This document shows positions 1 through 12,546 of a stretch of 32,571 bases of DNA, piece by piece (position 1 is the stretch's first letter; each line of letters opens with the position of its first letter). The position numbers and the translations under genes are program-made. Origin of the DNA: Candidatus Latescibacterota bacterium (GTDB lineage Bacteria > Latescibacterota > UBA2968 > UBA8231); the NCBI GenBank assembly GCA_965205655.1, contig CBDBIJ010000005.1, forward strand, positions 1-32,571. The letters run 5' to 3'. The notes beneath the pieces are model-generated. The model was not told where the DNA came from and made no database searches. It saw nothing but the letters and a program-made list of their open reading frames with translations.

Positions 1-199
1 TGGCAACCGGCTCCGGCGTAATTAGCTCGCAGGGTCTGAATGACCGGAAATCCTTCCGAGACCGTCTTCCGCATTGGAATAATCGTATTTCCCTGTTACC
101 TGGGCGATACAAAAGTTCCCTCTTTCTGGCTGGTTTGGATAGAGGAGGTAGTCTTCGCTTCGGACCCTAAGATGTTTTCACCACAAAAGCTCGCGGCAT
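1..199 (-). pseudogene. Degenerate 5' fragment of a gene, possibly the N-terminal domain of a Mrr-like/modification-dependent restriction protein; runs off the window
   Basis: AGGAGA RBS (complement of 205-210) and ATG at 199 give MPRAFVVKTS-stop. Shifting frames recovers RVRSEDYLLYPNQPERGNFCIAQVTGKYDY...DFRSFRPCELITPEPV, which resembles the 'GD-hydrophobic-P...IA.VTG.Y...DF...P' pattern of such domains. The family match is from memory only. Confidence 0.3.
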
Positions 200-338
200 G
201 ATCGTCTCCTATTCTGGTTTACGATTTTATGCGAAGCTATGTGCTCAATTCCCCGATTCGTAGATCTACTCTAACCCCGCCTAACGGTTCTTCATGATGT
301 TAGTCCGCTCAGGACACCATCTATCTCAGTTCTCAGTT

Positions 339-1201
339 TCACCGTCCTGAGTCATCTTTGTCAGCCATCAACTTAAATCCTATGGGATTCGCGTCGATCA
401 TCTCCACTGCGTGCCGAATACCAATCGCCACGACGATTCCCGGGTTTTCTTTAAAATAACCAATTGGTTCACCTGTAGAATCAGTGAGAGATTTACCGTC
501 CCCATCAACAACTGTACGCCATGACGACCGTGGGACAGGGTAACCGGATATGATCCCTGCCACACTCAATCGTTTCTTGGTCGCCCATTTGGAACAAAGA
601 CCACAGGCCCACCACTGAATCCCTTGTTGACGTGTGCATCCAAAAAAATCATGGAAACATCCCCAAAAACCATTGCGCTAACGATACCGGCTTTCACAAA
701 TGGCAACGGAATACCGCGATTGATCTCCTCGCTTCCACTATCCCAGCCGAATGGGTACCCGAGAAAGGAAACAGACTGACCGTAAACGGGGCCTGAATCC
801 GATGCGGCAAGTTGAAGTGGAGGAGACAACCGAATCCAACAAGCAAGAACTGCTACATCGACCTTACCCTTGCCGATTCCGACAACGTCCACGGCCAAGT
901 CTTTCCATTCCTCTTTGTAAAGGACCTTGATAAGGTTGCCTGATTCAAGTCCATCTACGACATGCCGTGCCGTTATGAGATATTGCCTTGACGCTCGGTC
1001 CATAGCAAATGCCGTGCCAGTGCAATTCCCCCATTTTATGCGAAATGTACGGTGTAATACGTTACTGGTAATCAGAGTGGCTTGAGCCGTGGCCTGAGCC
1101 CAAATTGGCAGAGAGGAAAGAACGACAAGAACCAAGGTCACGCACGGTCGGCTGAGGAATATTTGAGCAGCTCTCGGAGCTTTTTCTTTTGGGATACACA
1201 T
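339..1201 (-). pseudogene. Trypsin-like (S1/Trypsin_2) serine protease, split by a 1-nt frameshift near 566-570
   Basis: Catalytic triad motifs ITARHVV, DVAVL and NKGFSGGPV in ORF 566..1201. ORF 339..569 (SVAGIISGY...ENPGIVVAIGI) supplies the expected C-terminal strands. N-terminal hydrophobic stretch. Visibly lower GC than neighbouring hsdR. Confidence 0.78.
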
Positions 1202-1274
1202 AGGGTTTCCTTTCCAATGGTTCTGGTTGTTCTGACGAACCCTGCGTCACCGACCTTATCACAAACAGAAGACC

Positions 1275-2002
1275 CTACCACGCCAATCCTCCCCCCAGCT
1301 TCCGCAGATCCTCGCGCCGGCGCTCATAGTCCGGCATGATCCTACCCAGGGCCTGCCAGTAGTCCCGCCCGTGGCCTCGGTGCCGCAGATGCACCAACTC
1401 GTGGACCACCACGTAATCCACCAACCGCATCGGGGCCTGGATGATGCGCCAGTTCAGCCGAATGGTCCCGCTGCGGTCGCAGCTCCCCCAGCGCTTCTGC
1501 TGGTCCGCGATGACCACCCGGGGCATCGCGACGCCAACCTTCGACCGCCACGCCTCCACGCGTTCCGGCAACCGCTCCGCGGCGTGACGCCGCAGCCACT
1601 CCACTAGAGCCGCTCGCACATGATCCGGCTGCCCCTCCCCCGCCGGCGCCGGCACGTGGAGCCACCCCCCGCGAAGCTTCGCCTCTCCCAGCGTGTTGGG
1701 GTGAACCTTCAGTCGGTAGTGACGCCCCAGGTACATCACGCTCTCCCCACTCACGAACTCCCGGGGCGACGGCGGCACCCCGTTTGACCCCAGCCCCCGA
1801 AGCCGCTGCACAATCCACCCCGCCTTCCTCCGAGCCACCTCGTCCAACCGGCTGGTTGGGAAGTCCTCCGGGGCCACGAGCAACACCCCGCCTCCAGGAT
1901 CCACCATCACCGCCACGGTCTTCTTCCGCCGGGCGCTGCGTCGGATTGCGTAGGTCAGCTTCGTATCCCCCCAGGTGATGGCCGAGGTCTCCAGGCTGCC
2001 GG

Positions 2003-2006
<4 letters not shown>
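1275..2006 (-). CDS. M48/YgjP-like (DUF45, SprT-like) zinc metallopeptidase associated with Type I RM loci
   Basis: Motifs RRSARRKKT, FVSGESVMYLG, KRWGSC, IRLNWRII and DYVVVHELVH (HExxH). Start overlaps the hsdR stop (ATGA, 2003-2006). Confidence 0.92.
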
Positions 2007-5016
<3,010 letters not shown>

Positions 5017-5020
<4 letters not shown>

Positions 5021-5782
5021 GCGGCCTCGGTGTCCGGGGTGACGCGGAGCTCGCCGGTGAGAAGGGCAGCCATAAGGGACTGTTTGGCTCTTTGAAGTCC
5101 CTCCATCTTCTCCTCTTCTACTTGCAGCCTAATCTCAAATCCACCGAGTACCCCTTCCATCTCGTCTTGTTCCGAGAGCGGGGGCAGGGGAACTCTCAGA
5201 TCATGGATTGGACCTTGCGTAACGAGCGGCTGTCCAGATTTCTTCCGCAGCTTGGCCAAGTTCTCGAACTGCAGAAGAGGGGTCAGAAACCCAACGTTTA
5301 CCGGCCGCAGCCAGTCCCGAGTATAGAGCGCGTTATCAGACACCCAACAAGCCCGATCCGGGCGGTGAACTACCCCACAATATTCCCCGACTCGTCCAAC
5401 TACCAAGAGTGGCGGCTCCGCGTTCGATGACGACGTAAACCCGGCAATACCATTACCACCGAATACAGGGTATGGATTCTCGGTCGAGGTGGTCTCTTCG
5501 AGGGATCGAACCGCGATGCTCTTGCCACTTGTCAATTTGAAGATTTGCCCCAACTGAACTACTTCCCACTCCGCTGGAATCTCCCCAATCTCCGTCTGCT
5601 TGAACCGCGTGTGCCGGCCCGGCAGGCCCCGCGTGAGCAGCTCCTGCATCAGGCCGCGCTTGACGACCTGCACTTGGTCGATGACCGCCTGAGTCTTCTC
5701 GATGGCGTCGTCCACCGAGGAGAGGATGGCGGCAATCTTGCGCTGCTCGGGAACGGGCGGAATCGGAACATTCAGGCTCTTC
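5017..5782 (-). pseudogene. hsdS: Type I RM specificity subunit S, 3' half only (central conserved helix + one TRD + C-terminal helix), truncated by IS256
   Basis: Reading from the IS end gives SLNVPIPPVPEQRKIAAILSSVDDAIEKT...KRGLMQELLTRG...TEIGEIPAEWEVVQLG...VPLPPLSEQ...KQSLMAALLTGELRV. The TRD segment (~5080-5590) is visibly lower in GC. The stop overlaps the hsdR ATG. Confidence 0.9.
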
Positions 5783-7211
5783 GAGCAAGTCCCATTTTCA
5801 GTTGAAACAAAGCACAGGCTCGGTTGAATAGATCAGCCCGTCATAGCGAGCTGTTTGATACCGAGCTCGGCCTGCAGGGCGTGCCGCATCGTCGGTAAGT
5901 GACGGTAGCCCTTGACCCGGCGCAGACGCGGTTCGATGTCCAACAGCGCCGTGGCTACCCAGCGGTGACGCTGCGATGAGTTGCTCCAGCGCCGCACGTT
6001 ATGCGTCAACTGCCCCAGGAGACCGTTGACGTTCTCGATGCAGTTGGTGGTACGGAAGGAATTCTTCAACATCGGCATCACTCCCAAGCGGTGCAGGGTG
6101 AGGGTCTCTTCCAGGCCTTCCTCGAGGCTGCGCAGGGCGGACTGGTTCACCAACTCCAAGCCCGGTTTGAGCGCCTCCAGGGCAGCCTTGGCCTCCTCGT
6201 ACGTCGCTTGCCCGTAGGCCGCTTCCATTTTGTGACGGATCCGGGCCTGCTCGCTCTTGGGCAGATACGAGACGACGTTCTGGCGCTTGTGATACTGGCA
6301 GCGCTGCACGCAGGCATGCCCTTTCAGCACCGACCGCACCGCCTTGTACAGTCCCTTGCCGCCGTCGAGGACGACCAGCAGTCCGGCTTCATACTGCAAG
6401 CCCCGTTCGACCAGATCGGACAGGAAGCGCCGGCAGACGCGCTCGTTCTCGGTGGCCGCCTGCACGAAGCCCGGCGGAATCTTGTGTCCGTCCAGGGTGA
6501 CCCCCAGCGCGATGAGGATTTCTTCGTCGGCGAAGCTCTTGCCGTCGAGAAACAGCGCCACCAGATCGTATCCTTCCAGGGATCGCTCCTGGAATTCGGC
6601 CAGCTTCCGCGCCGTGCCTTTCACGTAGCGGCGCGACACCGAGGAACCGGACCGGCCGAAGGCGGCCGGGACGGTCTCGGCGCAGGCCTCGTAGTCGCGG
6701 GTGGCGATCCCTTTCAACACGCGCAGCAACAGACCCTCGTCCTGGTTCCGGGGCCTCTGCAGGGCCTGGTAGGCCGCCAGCGGCACCTCGGTCCGGCTGG
6801 CCACATTGCGCACCCGCGGCACCTCGACCCTCAGTTTCTGATCGCCCAGATACACCGATCCGGACTGAGATCCCCAGCGGCGCACCGGCTGCTCGGCCCC
6901 CTTGCGCTGATAGCGCGGCCCGGCCAACTCCTCGACCGCCCGTTGCAGTTCCTCGGCGACGGCTTGCAGACCCAAAGGAATCAGGCATTGGATCACCTCG
7001 ATGCGCGTATCCAGATCGCCGGTAAGGGCGGCGGCCTCCGCATTCACGGGGCCGATTTCCAGGCTGCGTTTGACCTGCTTCCGGGGTCCTGATAGCTTGC
7101 TCATGGCAGGCTCCTTTCTGTTACCTGATACGAGGTTTTCCGGAAAAAAACTTCCCGTACCAAGGTAGCGAGAGGAGCCTGTGCTGTTTCAACTAAGATC
7201 GGGACAATGCC
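5783..7211 (-). mobile_element. IS256-family insertion sequence
   Basis: Imperfect ~38-bp terminal inverted repeats: 5783-5821 gagcaagtcccattttcagttgaaacaaagcacaggctc versus the reverse complement of 7175-7211, ggcattgtcccgatcttagttgaaacagcacaggctc. The flanks do not form a matching target duplication. Confidence 0.88.
5833..7104 (-). CDS. IS256 (Mutator-type) DDE transposase
   Basis: Motifs LFLDGKSF, VVLDGGKGL, QRCQYHKRQN and RTTNCIENVN; RBS AAAGGAG upstream; open for 423 aa. Confidence 0.92.
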   Translation of the reverse strand: MSKLSGPRKQVKRSLEIGPVNAEAAALTGDLDTRIEVIQCLIPLGLQAVAEELQRAVEELAGPRYQRKGAEQPVRRWGSQSGSVYLGDQKLRVEVPRVRNVASRTEVPLAAYQALQRPRNQDEGLLLRVLKGIATRDYEACAETVPAAFGRSGSSVSRRYVKGTARKLAEFQERSLEGYDLVALFLDGKSFADEEILIALGVTLDGHKIPPGFVQAATENERVCRRFLSDLVERGLQYEAGLLVVLDGGKGLYKAVRSVLKGHACVQRCQYHKRQNVVSYLPKSEQARIRHKMEAAYGQATYEEAKAALEALKPGLELVNQSALRSLEEGLEETLTLHRLGVMPMLKNSFRTTNCIENVNGLLGQLTHNVRRWSNSSQRHRWVATALLDIEPRLRRVKGYRHLPTMRHALQAELGIKQLAMTG

Positions 7212-7243
7212 TTCTCTTATCCCCCTTCTGAAAGGAGAGACCT

Positions 7244-8272
7244 ATGGTGACGGGGCGTCCATTACCGCCGTTAGAGCTGAGTCCGTCGGACCGGGAACGA
7301 TTGGAATCGATGGCCAAATCCCGGAGCCTTTCCCACGGGTTGGTGCGGCGAGCCGAGATTAGTCTGCTGGCCGCAGAAGGCTGGCCCAATGAAGCCGTCG
7401 CCGCCGCCGTGGGTGTGACGCGTGCTACGGTCGGCAAGTGGCGCCGGCGCTTTCTCGAAAACGGGCTCCAGGGCTTGCATGATGAGCTGCGCTCAGGGGC
7501 GCCACGATCGATTACGGATGAACAGGTAGCCGAGGTGGTATACAAGACCCTGAAGACCAAGCCCAAAGACGAAACACAGTGGTCGGTGCGCTCCATGGGC
7601 GAAGAAACCGGCTTGACCAAGGACGCGGTTCATCGCATTTGGCGCACGTATGGTTTGCAGCCCCATCGACACAAGCACTTCACGCTTTCCACCGATCCTT
7701 TCTTTGTCGACAAAGTACGGGATATCGTCGGCTTGTACCTGAATCCCCCCGAGCACGCCCTGGTGCTGTGCGTGGACGAGAAGAGCCGGATCCAGGCGTT
7801 GGAACGAAGTCAGCCCATGCTGCCCCTGGGACTGGGATACGTGGAAGGGGTACCGCACGACTACAAGCGCCATGGCACCACCACCCTGTTCGCCGCACTG
7901 GACGTAGCCACCGGGGAAGTGATGACCCAGTGCAAGCCCCGTCATCGTCACCAGGAGTTCCTTCCGTTCCTGCGCCACATCGAGGCCCACGTCCCCGCTG
8001 ACCTCGATATTCCTCTCGTCGTCGACAACTACGCCACGCATAAGCATGCCAAGGTCAAGCGATGGCTGGCACGGCGTCCCCGATTTCACGTTCACTACAC
8101 CCCCACCTATGCTTCGTGGCTCAACCAGGTGGAGATTTGGTTCGGCATCATTACCCGCCAGGCGGTTCGGCGCGATTCGTTCCGCAAGGTGTCGGAGCTC
8201 ATCGAGCGCATCGAACGCTACACGGCCAAATGGAACGCCAACGCACACCCTTTCGTGTGGACGGCTACCTGA
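7244..8272 (+). CDS. IS630-family transposase, probably C-terminally truncated and carrying damaging substitutions
   Basis: HTH N-terminus; motifs CVDEKS, YKRHGTTTLFAALD, VVDNYATHK and SWLNQVEIWF. Ends abruptly at PFVWTAT where an IS66-type end begins. RBS AAGGAG at ~7232. Confidence 0.9.
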   Translation: MVTGRPLPPLELSPSDRERLESMAKSRSLSHGLVRRAEISLLAAEGWPNEAVAAAVGVTRATVGKWRRRFLENGLQGLHDELRSGAPRSITDEQVAEVVYKTLKTKPKDETQWSVRSMGEETGLTKDAVHRIWRTYGLQPHRHKHFTLSTDPFFVDKVRDIVGLYLNPPEHALVLCVDEKSRIQALERSQPMLPLGLGYVEGVPHDYKRHGTTTLFAALDVATGEVMTQCKPRHRHQEFLPFLRHIEAHVPADLDIPLVVDNYATHKHAKVKRWLARRPRFHVHYTPTYASWLNQVEIWFGIITRQAVRRDSFRKVSELIERIERYTAKWNANAHPFVWTAT

Positions 8273-8280
8273 ACGGTTAC
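8269..8280 (+). repeat. Orphan IS66-type right terminus
   Basis: ctgaacggttac is identical to 11963-11974 and is the reverse complement of 10390-10401. It sits exactly at the junction between two truncated genes. Confidence 0.6.
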
Positions 8281-8645
8281 CTCCACCCATCCTGACCGCC
8301 CTGCACGAAGACGTGGCGGATGGCTTCGTTATTTGTGCGGGCGCACATCGCCTGTTGAAACAAGCGACCGTTTGTGAGGAAGCGAACAAACCCTTCTGGT
8401 TGCAACTTGTCGGCACCGGGATCACCACAACATGGGCAGCCCACCTCGGTGCCGTATGCGCTCAAGCCAAGTGGCCGGCGATTACCTGTATGAATATCTG
8501 GGAGAGCCAACTCATCACCGAACCGATCGAGTTGCGCGGCGGTTTCTACCGTGTGTCTGAAAAACCGGGTATTGGTGTGGAAGTTGATCAAACAGCCATG
8601 CAGAGATACGAGGTGGACTACTCCTTCGTGGACCTGCCCCGCCAG

Positions 8646-9498
8646 GAACCTATCTCAAAATAGGCAAACTTAAACTTGTTTTCGAAATGACAGTGATGTA
8701 CCATTGGTGTATGGTCAATCTGACCGACATGTAATGGCAACGAATCCGCCATCACTTTCCTGAAGAACTTCGTCCCAAGAGCCATCCGGGTCGCAAACCG
8801 GTTTGCACCCGTGATGTTTTTGAAGCCGTCCTTTGGATTCTAAACACCGGGGCTCAATGGCATATGTTGCCGCCGTGCTATCCGAACTACAAAACCGTGC
8901 ATCGCCGTTTTCAAAACGGGTGTCGTCAAGGGGTGGTACGCGAAGTTCTCATGGACTTGGCCCAGACCCTTCACGAGCAAGGGGGCCTGGACGAATCGGA
9001 GGCTTTCATCGACGGCATGTTCTCGGCGGCCAAGGGTGGAGGTGCCGATATCGGCCACACCAAGCGAGGTAAGGGGGTGCGGGTCATGGGGATCGTGGAC
9101 GGCAATGGGCTTCCCTTGTCGGTGAGCACGCATGCAGCGAACCATCATGAAGTGACGCTGGTTCAGTTGACCTTTGACTTTTACCTGATCGAAGACCAAC
9201 CTGAAACTTGATCGGCGACAAGGCGTACGACAGCGATTCGTTGGATGAAGAGCTTAAGAAAGACGGGATCGAGATGATCGCCCCGCATCGCCAGAATCGG
9301 ACCAAGAAAAAGACTCAGGACGGACGGCGATTGCGGCGTTATGTGCGGCGTTGGATGGTTGAGAGATTCTTTGCTTGGCTTCAATGGCAGCGTCGAGTGA
9401 TCACTCGCTGGGAATTGTATCCGGAGAATTTTCTTGGCTTCGTCCAACTTGCATCCATTTTGATTTTACTTAGACAATTTCAATTTTGAGATAGGTTC
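8646..9498 (+). mobile_element. IS5-family insertion sequence
   Basis: Perfect 16-bp terminal inverted repeats: gaacctatctcaaaat (8646-8661) and attttgagataggttc (9483-9498). Confidence 0.92.
8711..9489 (+). pseudogene. IS5-family transposase, inactivated by a nonsense codon (TAA 8732-8734) and a frameshift (~9205)
   Basis: MVNLTDM*WQRI...VLWILNTGAQW...TVHRRF...FIDG...GKG, then a shifted frame reading IGDKAYDSD...[15 protein letters not shown]. Confidence 0.88.
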
Positions 9499-9909
9499 AT
9501 GTCTATCGCTATGCCCGCGCCAGCAGAGAAACCACCTACTACGGCTGCAGCAAACAGGAACTCCACGCGGTCTATCCGAACGACGCCATGCCTGCTTCCG
9601 AGACGGGATCTTCTCTGGAAGCCGTTCCCGACGACGGAAGTGATGTGTTCAAGGAACTCCATGATGCCGTGCAGGGCGGCAGGACTGTGCGCCGGCTCGA
9701 GCAATAAAGGGGCCTGGACCCGGCCGCGAGTCTCCGCTGCAATCAACCGGCCGTAGGATCTGAACCGCGGCCGCGAATCCCGGATTACTCTGCATCAAAC
9801 CGGATCCAACCATCCATCTGCCCCTGCTGGCCATCTCGCTCCTCTTTGTGGCTCCACCGCTGCCAGCGGGGATGGGAGCGGGGTTGCTGTTAAAGAAACG
9901 ACTGAACAT

Positions 9910-10317
9910 TCAAGATGCGGGAACACCAATCGAGGCGTGGATCTGTGCAAACATCCACACCTCATCAACTTTTTCCAACACGCCCGTCATTCGCATCACG
10001 AACTCCTCCAGTGTGCCTTGCCATTTGAGTCGCCACACCTGACGCGTGTAGAACCACCCGACGTTTTCCCGTTCATGGACGTCAAGATTGATAAACTTAA
10101 TGCTGAAATCCTCTGTGCTTGCGACGTGGTTTCGGTAATACGCCGCGATCTCTGCGCCCCCCTCAACAACTTCATCAGAGTCGGTGCCGATCTTAACATA
10201 GTGAGAGGCAGGACGCATCATTGCAATGAGGGTTTCAGCATCTCCAATAACAAGCGCGTCAAAATACGCCCGCACCGTATCATGCGCATTCGACATCATG
10301 AAATCCCGTAAGGGCAT
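9910..10317 (-). CDS. SnoaL/NTF2-like protein (start may be ATG 10299 or 10296)
   Basis: ~130 aa with VRAYFDAL..GDAETL, IGTDSDE..EG, RMTGVLEK...WMFAQIHAS, which is the typical SnoaL_3 pattern. Confidence 0.82.
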   Translation of the reverse strand: MPLRDFMMSNAHDTVRAYFDALVIGDAETLIAMMRPASHYVKIGTDSDEVVEGGAEIAAYYRNHVASTEDFSIKFINLDVHERENVGWFYTRQVWRLKWQGTLEEFVMRMTGVLEKVDEVWMFAQIHASIGVPAS

Positions 10318-10369
10318 CCCAATTGCGGCAATCCCACATGTGTCGATGCGTATCGATGATGGGTAGCAT
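10280..10369 (-). pseudogene. N-terminal stub of an amidohydrolase_2-type gene
   Basis: Strong RBS (AAGGAAGGAAAG) followed by MLPIIDTHRHMWD (DxHxHxWD metal-binding start motif); similarity is lost immediately afterwards. Confidence 0.55.
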
Positions 10370-10389
10370 GGTCTTTCCTTCCTTTATTA

Positions 10390-11974
10390 GTAACCGTTCA
10401 GTCTCCCTGCAGTAGTTTGCGCATGTAAAGAAATACCTAAGCGGGTTTTCGGGTTCGTCGGTATCTTCGGATTGGTTGTGTGTTGCAGATTCTCCGGATA
10501 CGAGCAACCCCATGAAGAGACCCCCTGAGGGTGCGATTTCCGAAGGCGACTTGCGTCAGCGCATTGTCCAGCTCGAGCGGATCGTGGAACAACAGACGTC
10601 CCGCATCGCCGAGCTGGAGCAGGAATTGGCCCGTCGCAAGGGGCGATCCCGCCGTGGCGCTCAAACCTCCTCGTCGGGTTCCTCCTCGCCGCGCACCGAC
10701 ACCTCCCGACGCCGATCCTCGGGGCGCTCGCCGGGCGGACAGCCCGGGCACGAAGGACCCGGCCGCTCGTGGGTATCGGTGGAGCAGGTGGACGAACGGA
10801 TCCCGGTCAAGCCGAGTACGTGCCACGGATGCGGGCACCCGTTGACGGGAGACGATCCTCATCCGCAGCGTCACCAGGAAGTCGTCCTCCCGCCGCTGCG
10901 GGCCGAGGTCATCGAGTATCAGTTGCACCCCCTGCGCTGCGCTCACTGCGACCGCCTGACCGCAGCCGGTTGGCCCGAGGGCGTGTCGCGCCACACCTTC
11001 GGTCCCAGCGTGCAAGCCTGGGTCGGCCTGCTGGCCGGGGCCTACCGGCTGAGCAAGCGCAACATCCGGGCGTTGTTGTCCGACGCCTTCGGCCTCGAGG
11101 TGTCGCTGGGTACGGTCAGCCGACTGGAACGGGAGGTGGCCGCGGCCCTGGCGGGTGCGGTCGAGGAGGCGCGCGCCTTCGTTCGCCGACAGGGCCTCGT
11201 CAACGTCGACGAGACCGGCTGGCGCCAGCGCCGCGCCAAGGCCTGGTTGTGGACCGCGGTGACGGCCGGCGTCACCGTGTTCGCCATTCGCCCCAGCCGG
11301 GGACGGGACGGGGTCGATGAGGTGCTGGGTGCGGACAACCGGGCGGTGGTCGGCTCCGATCGCTATTCGGCCTACGCGCATCTGCCGCTGCGACGCCGGC
11401 ACGTCTGCTGGGCTCATCTGCGGCGCGCCTTCGAGGAGTTCGTGGCCCGGGGCGGAGAGGCCGAGCGCGTCGGTCACCACCTGTTGGACCGCAGCGAGCA
11501 GCTGTTTACCTGGTGGCATCAAGTCCGCGACGGCACCCTGTCCCGGGCCCGCTTCCAGGACTATATCGACGATTTGTGTCTGCGCTTTCGTTTTCATTTG
11601 TGCTATGGTCAGCAGTTCGCCGACGCCAAGACGGCGGCCACCTGCGCCAATCTCCTCGACCTCGGGCCGGCCCGGCGTCGAGCCGACCAACAACGAAGCC
11701 GAACGAGCCCTTCGCCATGGCGTGTTGTGGCGTCACACCAGCTTCGGTACCCACAGTGCCGAAGGCAGCCGTTTCGTAGAGCGCCTGCTCACGGTACGCG
11801 ATACCCTGCGCCAGCAGCAGCGCAACGTCCTCGACTATCTCAGGATGGCCTGTGACGCGGCCGTGTCTCAGCAGCCGGCGCCCTCGCTGCTGCCTTCAAC
11901 CCACTCCGCCATTCGTTAATATTCTGCTACCATTCCGCCCCCGGCCCCAACCTGCCAGGGAACTGAACGGTTAC
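10390..11974 (+). mobile_element. IS66-family element, single-ORF (ISBst12-like) type
   Basis: TIRs gtaaccgttcagtctccctgcag (10390-) and ctgccagggaactgaacggttac (-11974), with 13 bp perfectly inverted. No tnpA/tnpB accessory genes. The 8-bp flanks (ctttatta / cacctggg) differ. Confidence 0.9.
10512..11919 (+). pseudogene. IS66 transposase (TnpC-like) with a deletion/frameshift near 11665
   Basis: Coiled coil, GGQPGHEG, zinc finger CHGCG/CAHC, VDETGW, SDRYSAY and CWAHL. The C-terminal GVEPTNNEAERALR...PSLLP is in another frame. Confidence 0.9.
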
Positions 11975-12460
11975 CACCTGGGCATGACCACTTTGGTCCG
12001 ACGCAAAAACCACGTAGCGTTCACCCGGGGAGAAATGCGGATGCGGATGCGTGTGCTGCGGCGCATGGACCGCGACCACTCGCACCACCACCTCCTGTTC
12101 CCGCCCCACCCGGATCATCTCCCGCGCCTGCGCCACCAAACTGCACCAAGTGGTCTCGCACAAATTGTGGATGCCGTGGCTCGACAGGTATATCGAATAC
12201 GCGTAGTGCGAGGGCACCGGCGTGACGACCAACGCCGCCTCGGCGATCCCGTCCCTGACCAATTCGCGCACATCGTAAGCCCGCACGCCGAGCGCTGCGG
12301 CCGCCCGGTCGCAATGCTCCTCGACCGGATCGACGCAAGCCACCACCTCGACCCAGTCTTCAAGCGACGGCAGCAAAGGCTGATAAATGGTGCTGGCGCG
12401 ATTGTAAGGATTTCGGCGCCTTTCTGATCCGAAGCTCCTTCCGGCGGGGGGCTCGAGCAA
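11975..12460 (-). pseudogene. Chimeric remnant: Gfo/Idh/MocA oxidoreductase NAD-binding fragment fused to a TolB/oligogalacturonate-lyase-like propeller tail, cut by the IS66 end
   Basis: VEVVACVDP...ALVVTPVPSH...GIHNLCET is joined at ~12080 to QHTHPHPHFSPGERYVVFASDQSGHAQV. Confidence 0.6.
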
Positions 12461-12546
12461 ATCAGGTGAGGAAAGTCACTTCAGCGTCCACATAGTAGGC
12501 GCATTGACTGCAATTGACTATTATGCGCCGGTGAGGAAACACCCCC

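Larger units (their letters stand above)
8281..9707 (+). pseudogene. Enolase-superfamily (mandelate racemase/MLE-like) gene remnant: 5' end missing, interrupted by IS5
   Basis: 8281-8644 encodes ...KPFWLQLVGTGITTTWAAHLGAV...GFYRVSEKPGIGVEVD...VDLPR. Removing the IS (8645-9499) restores the frame into HVYRYARASRETTYYG...PDDGSDVFKELH...EQ-stop (TAA 9705-9707). Confidence 0.72.

Noticed and set aside
270..310. Possible integron attC site (minus strand GACTAAC...GTTAGGC) after the protease gene
   Set aside because: The cores are only ~13 nt apart, far shorter than an attC. There are no L boxes, no second site and no integrase in the window.
6001..7092. 363-aa plus-strand ORF, and similar antisense ORFs 7493..8428, 10437..11693 and 13934..14824
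   Set aside because: Antisense shadows of the IS256, IS630, IS66 and ISL3 transposases.
9181..9215. Programmed -1 frameshift in the IS5 transposase
   Set aside because: No clear slippery heptamer at the junction (cctgaaacttgatc). A single lost A restores [11 protein letters not shown], and the gene also has a nonsense codon, so decay is the simpler explanation.
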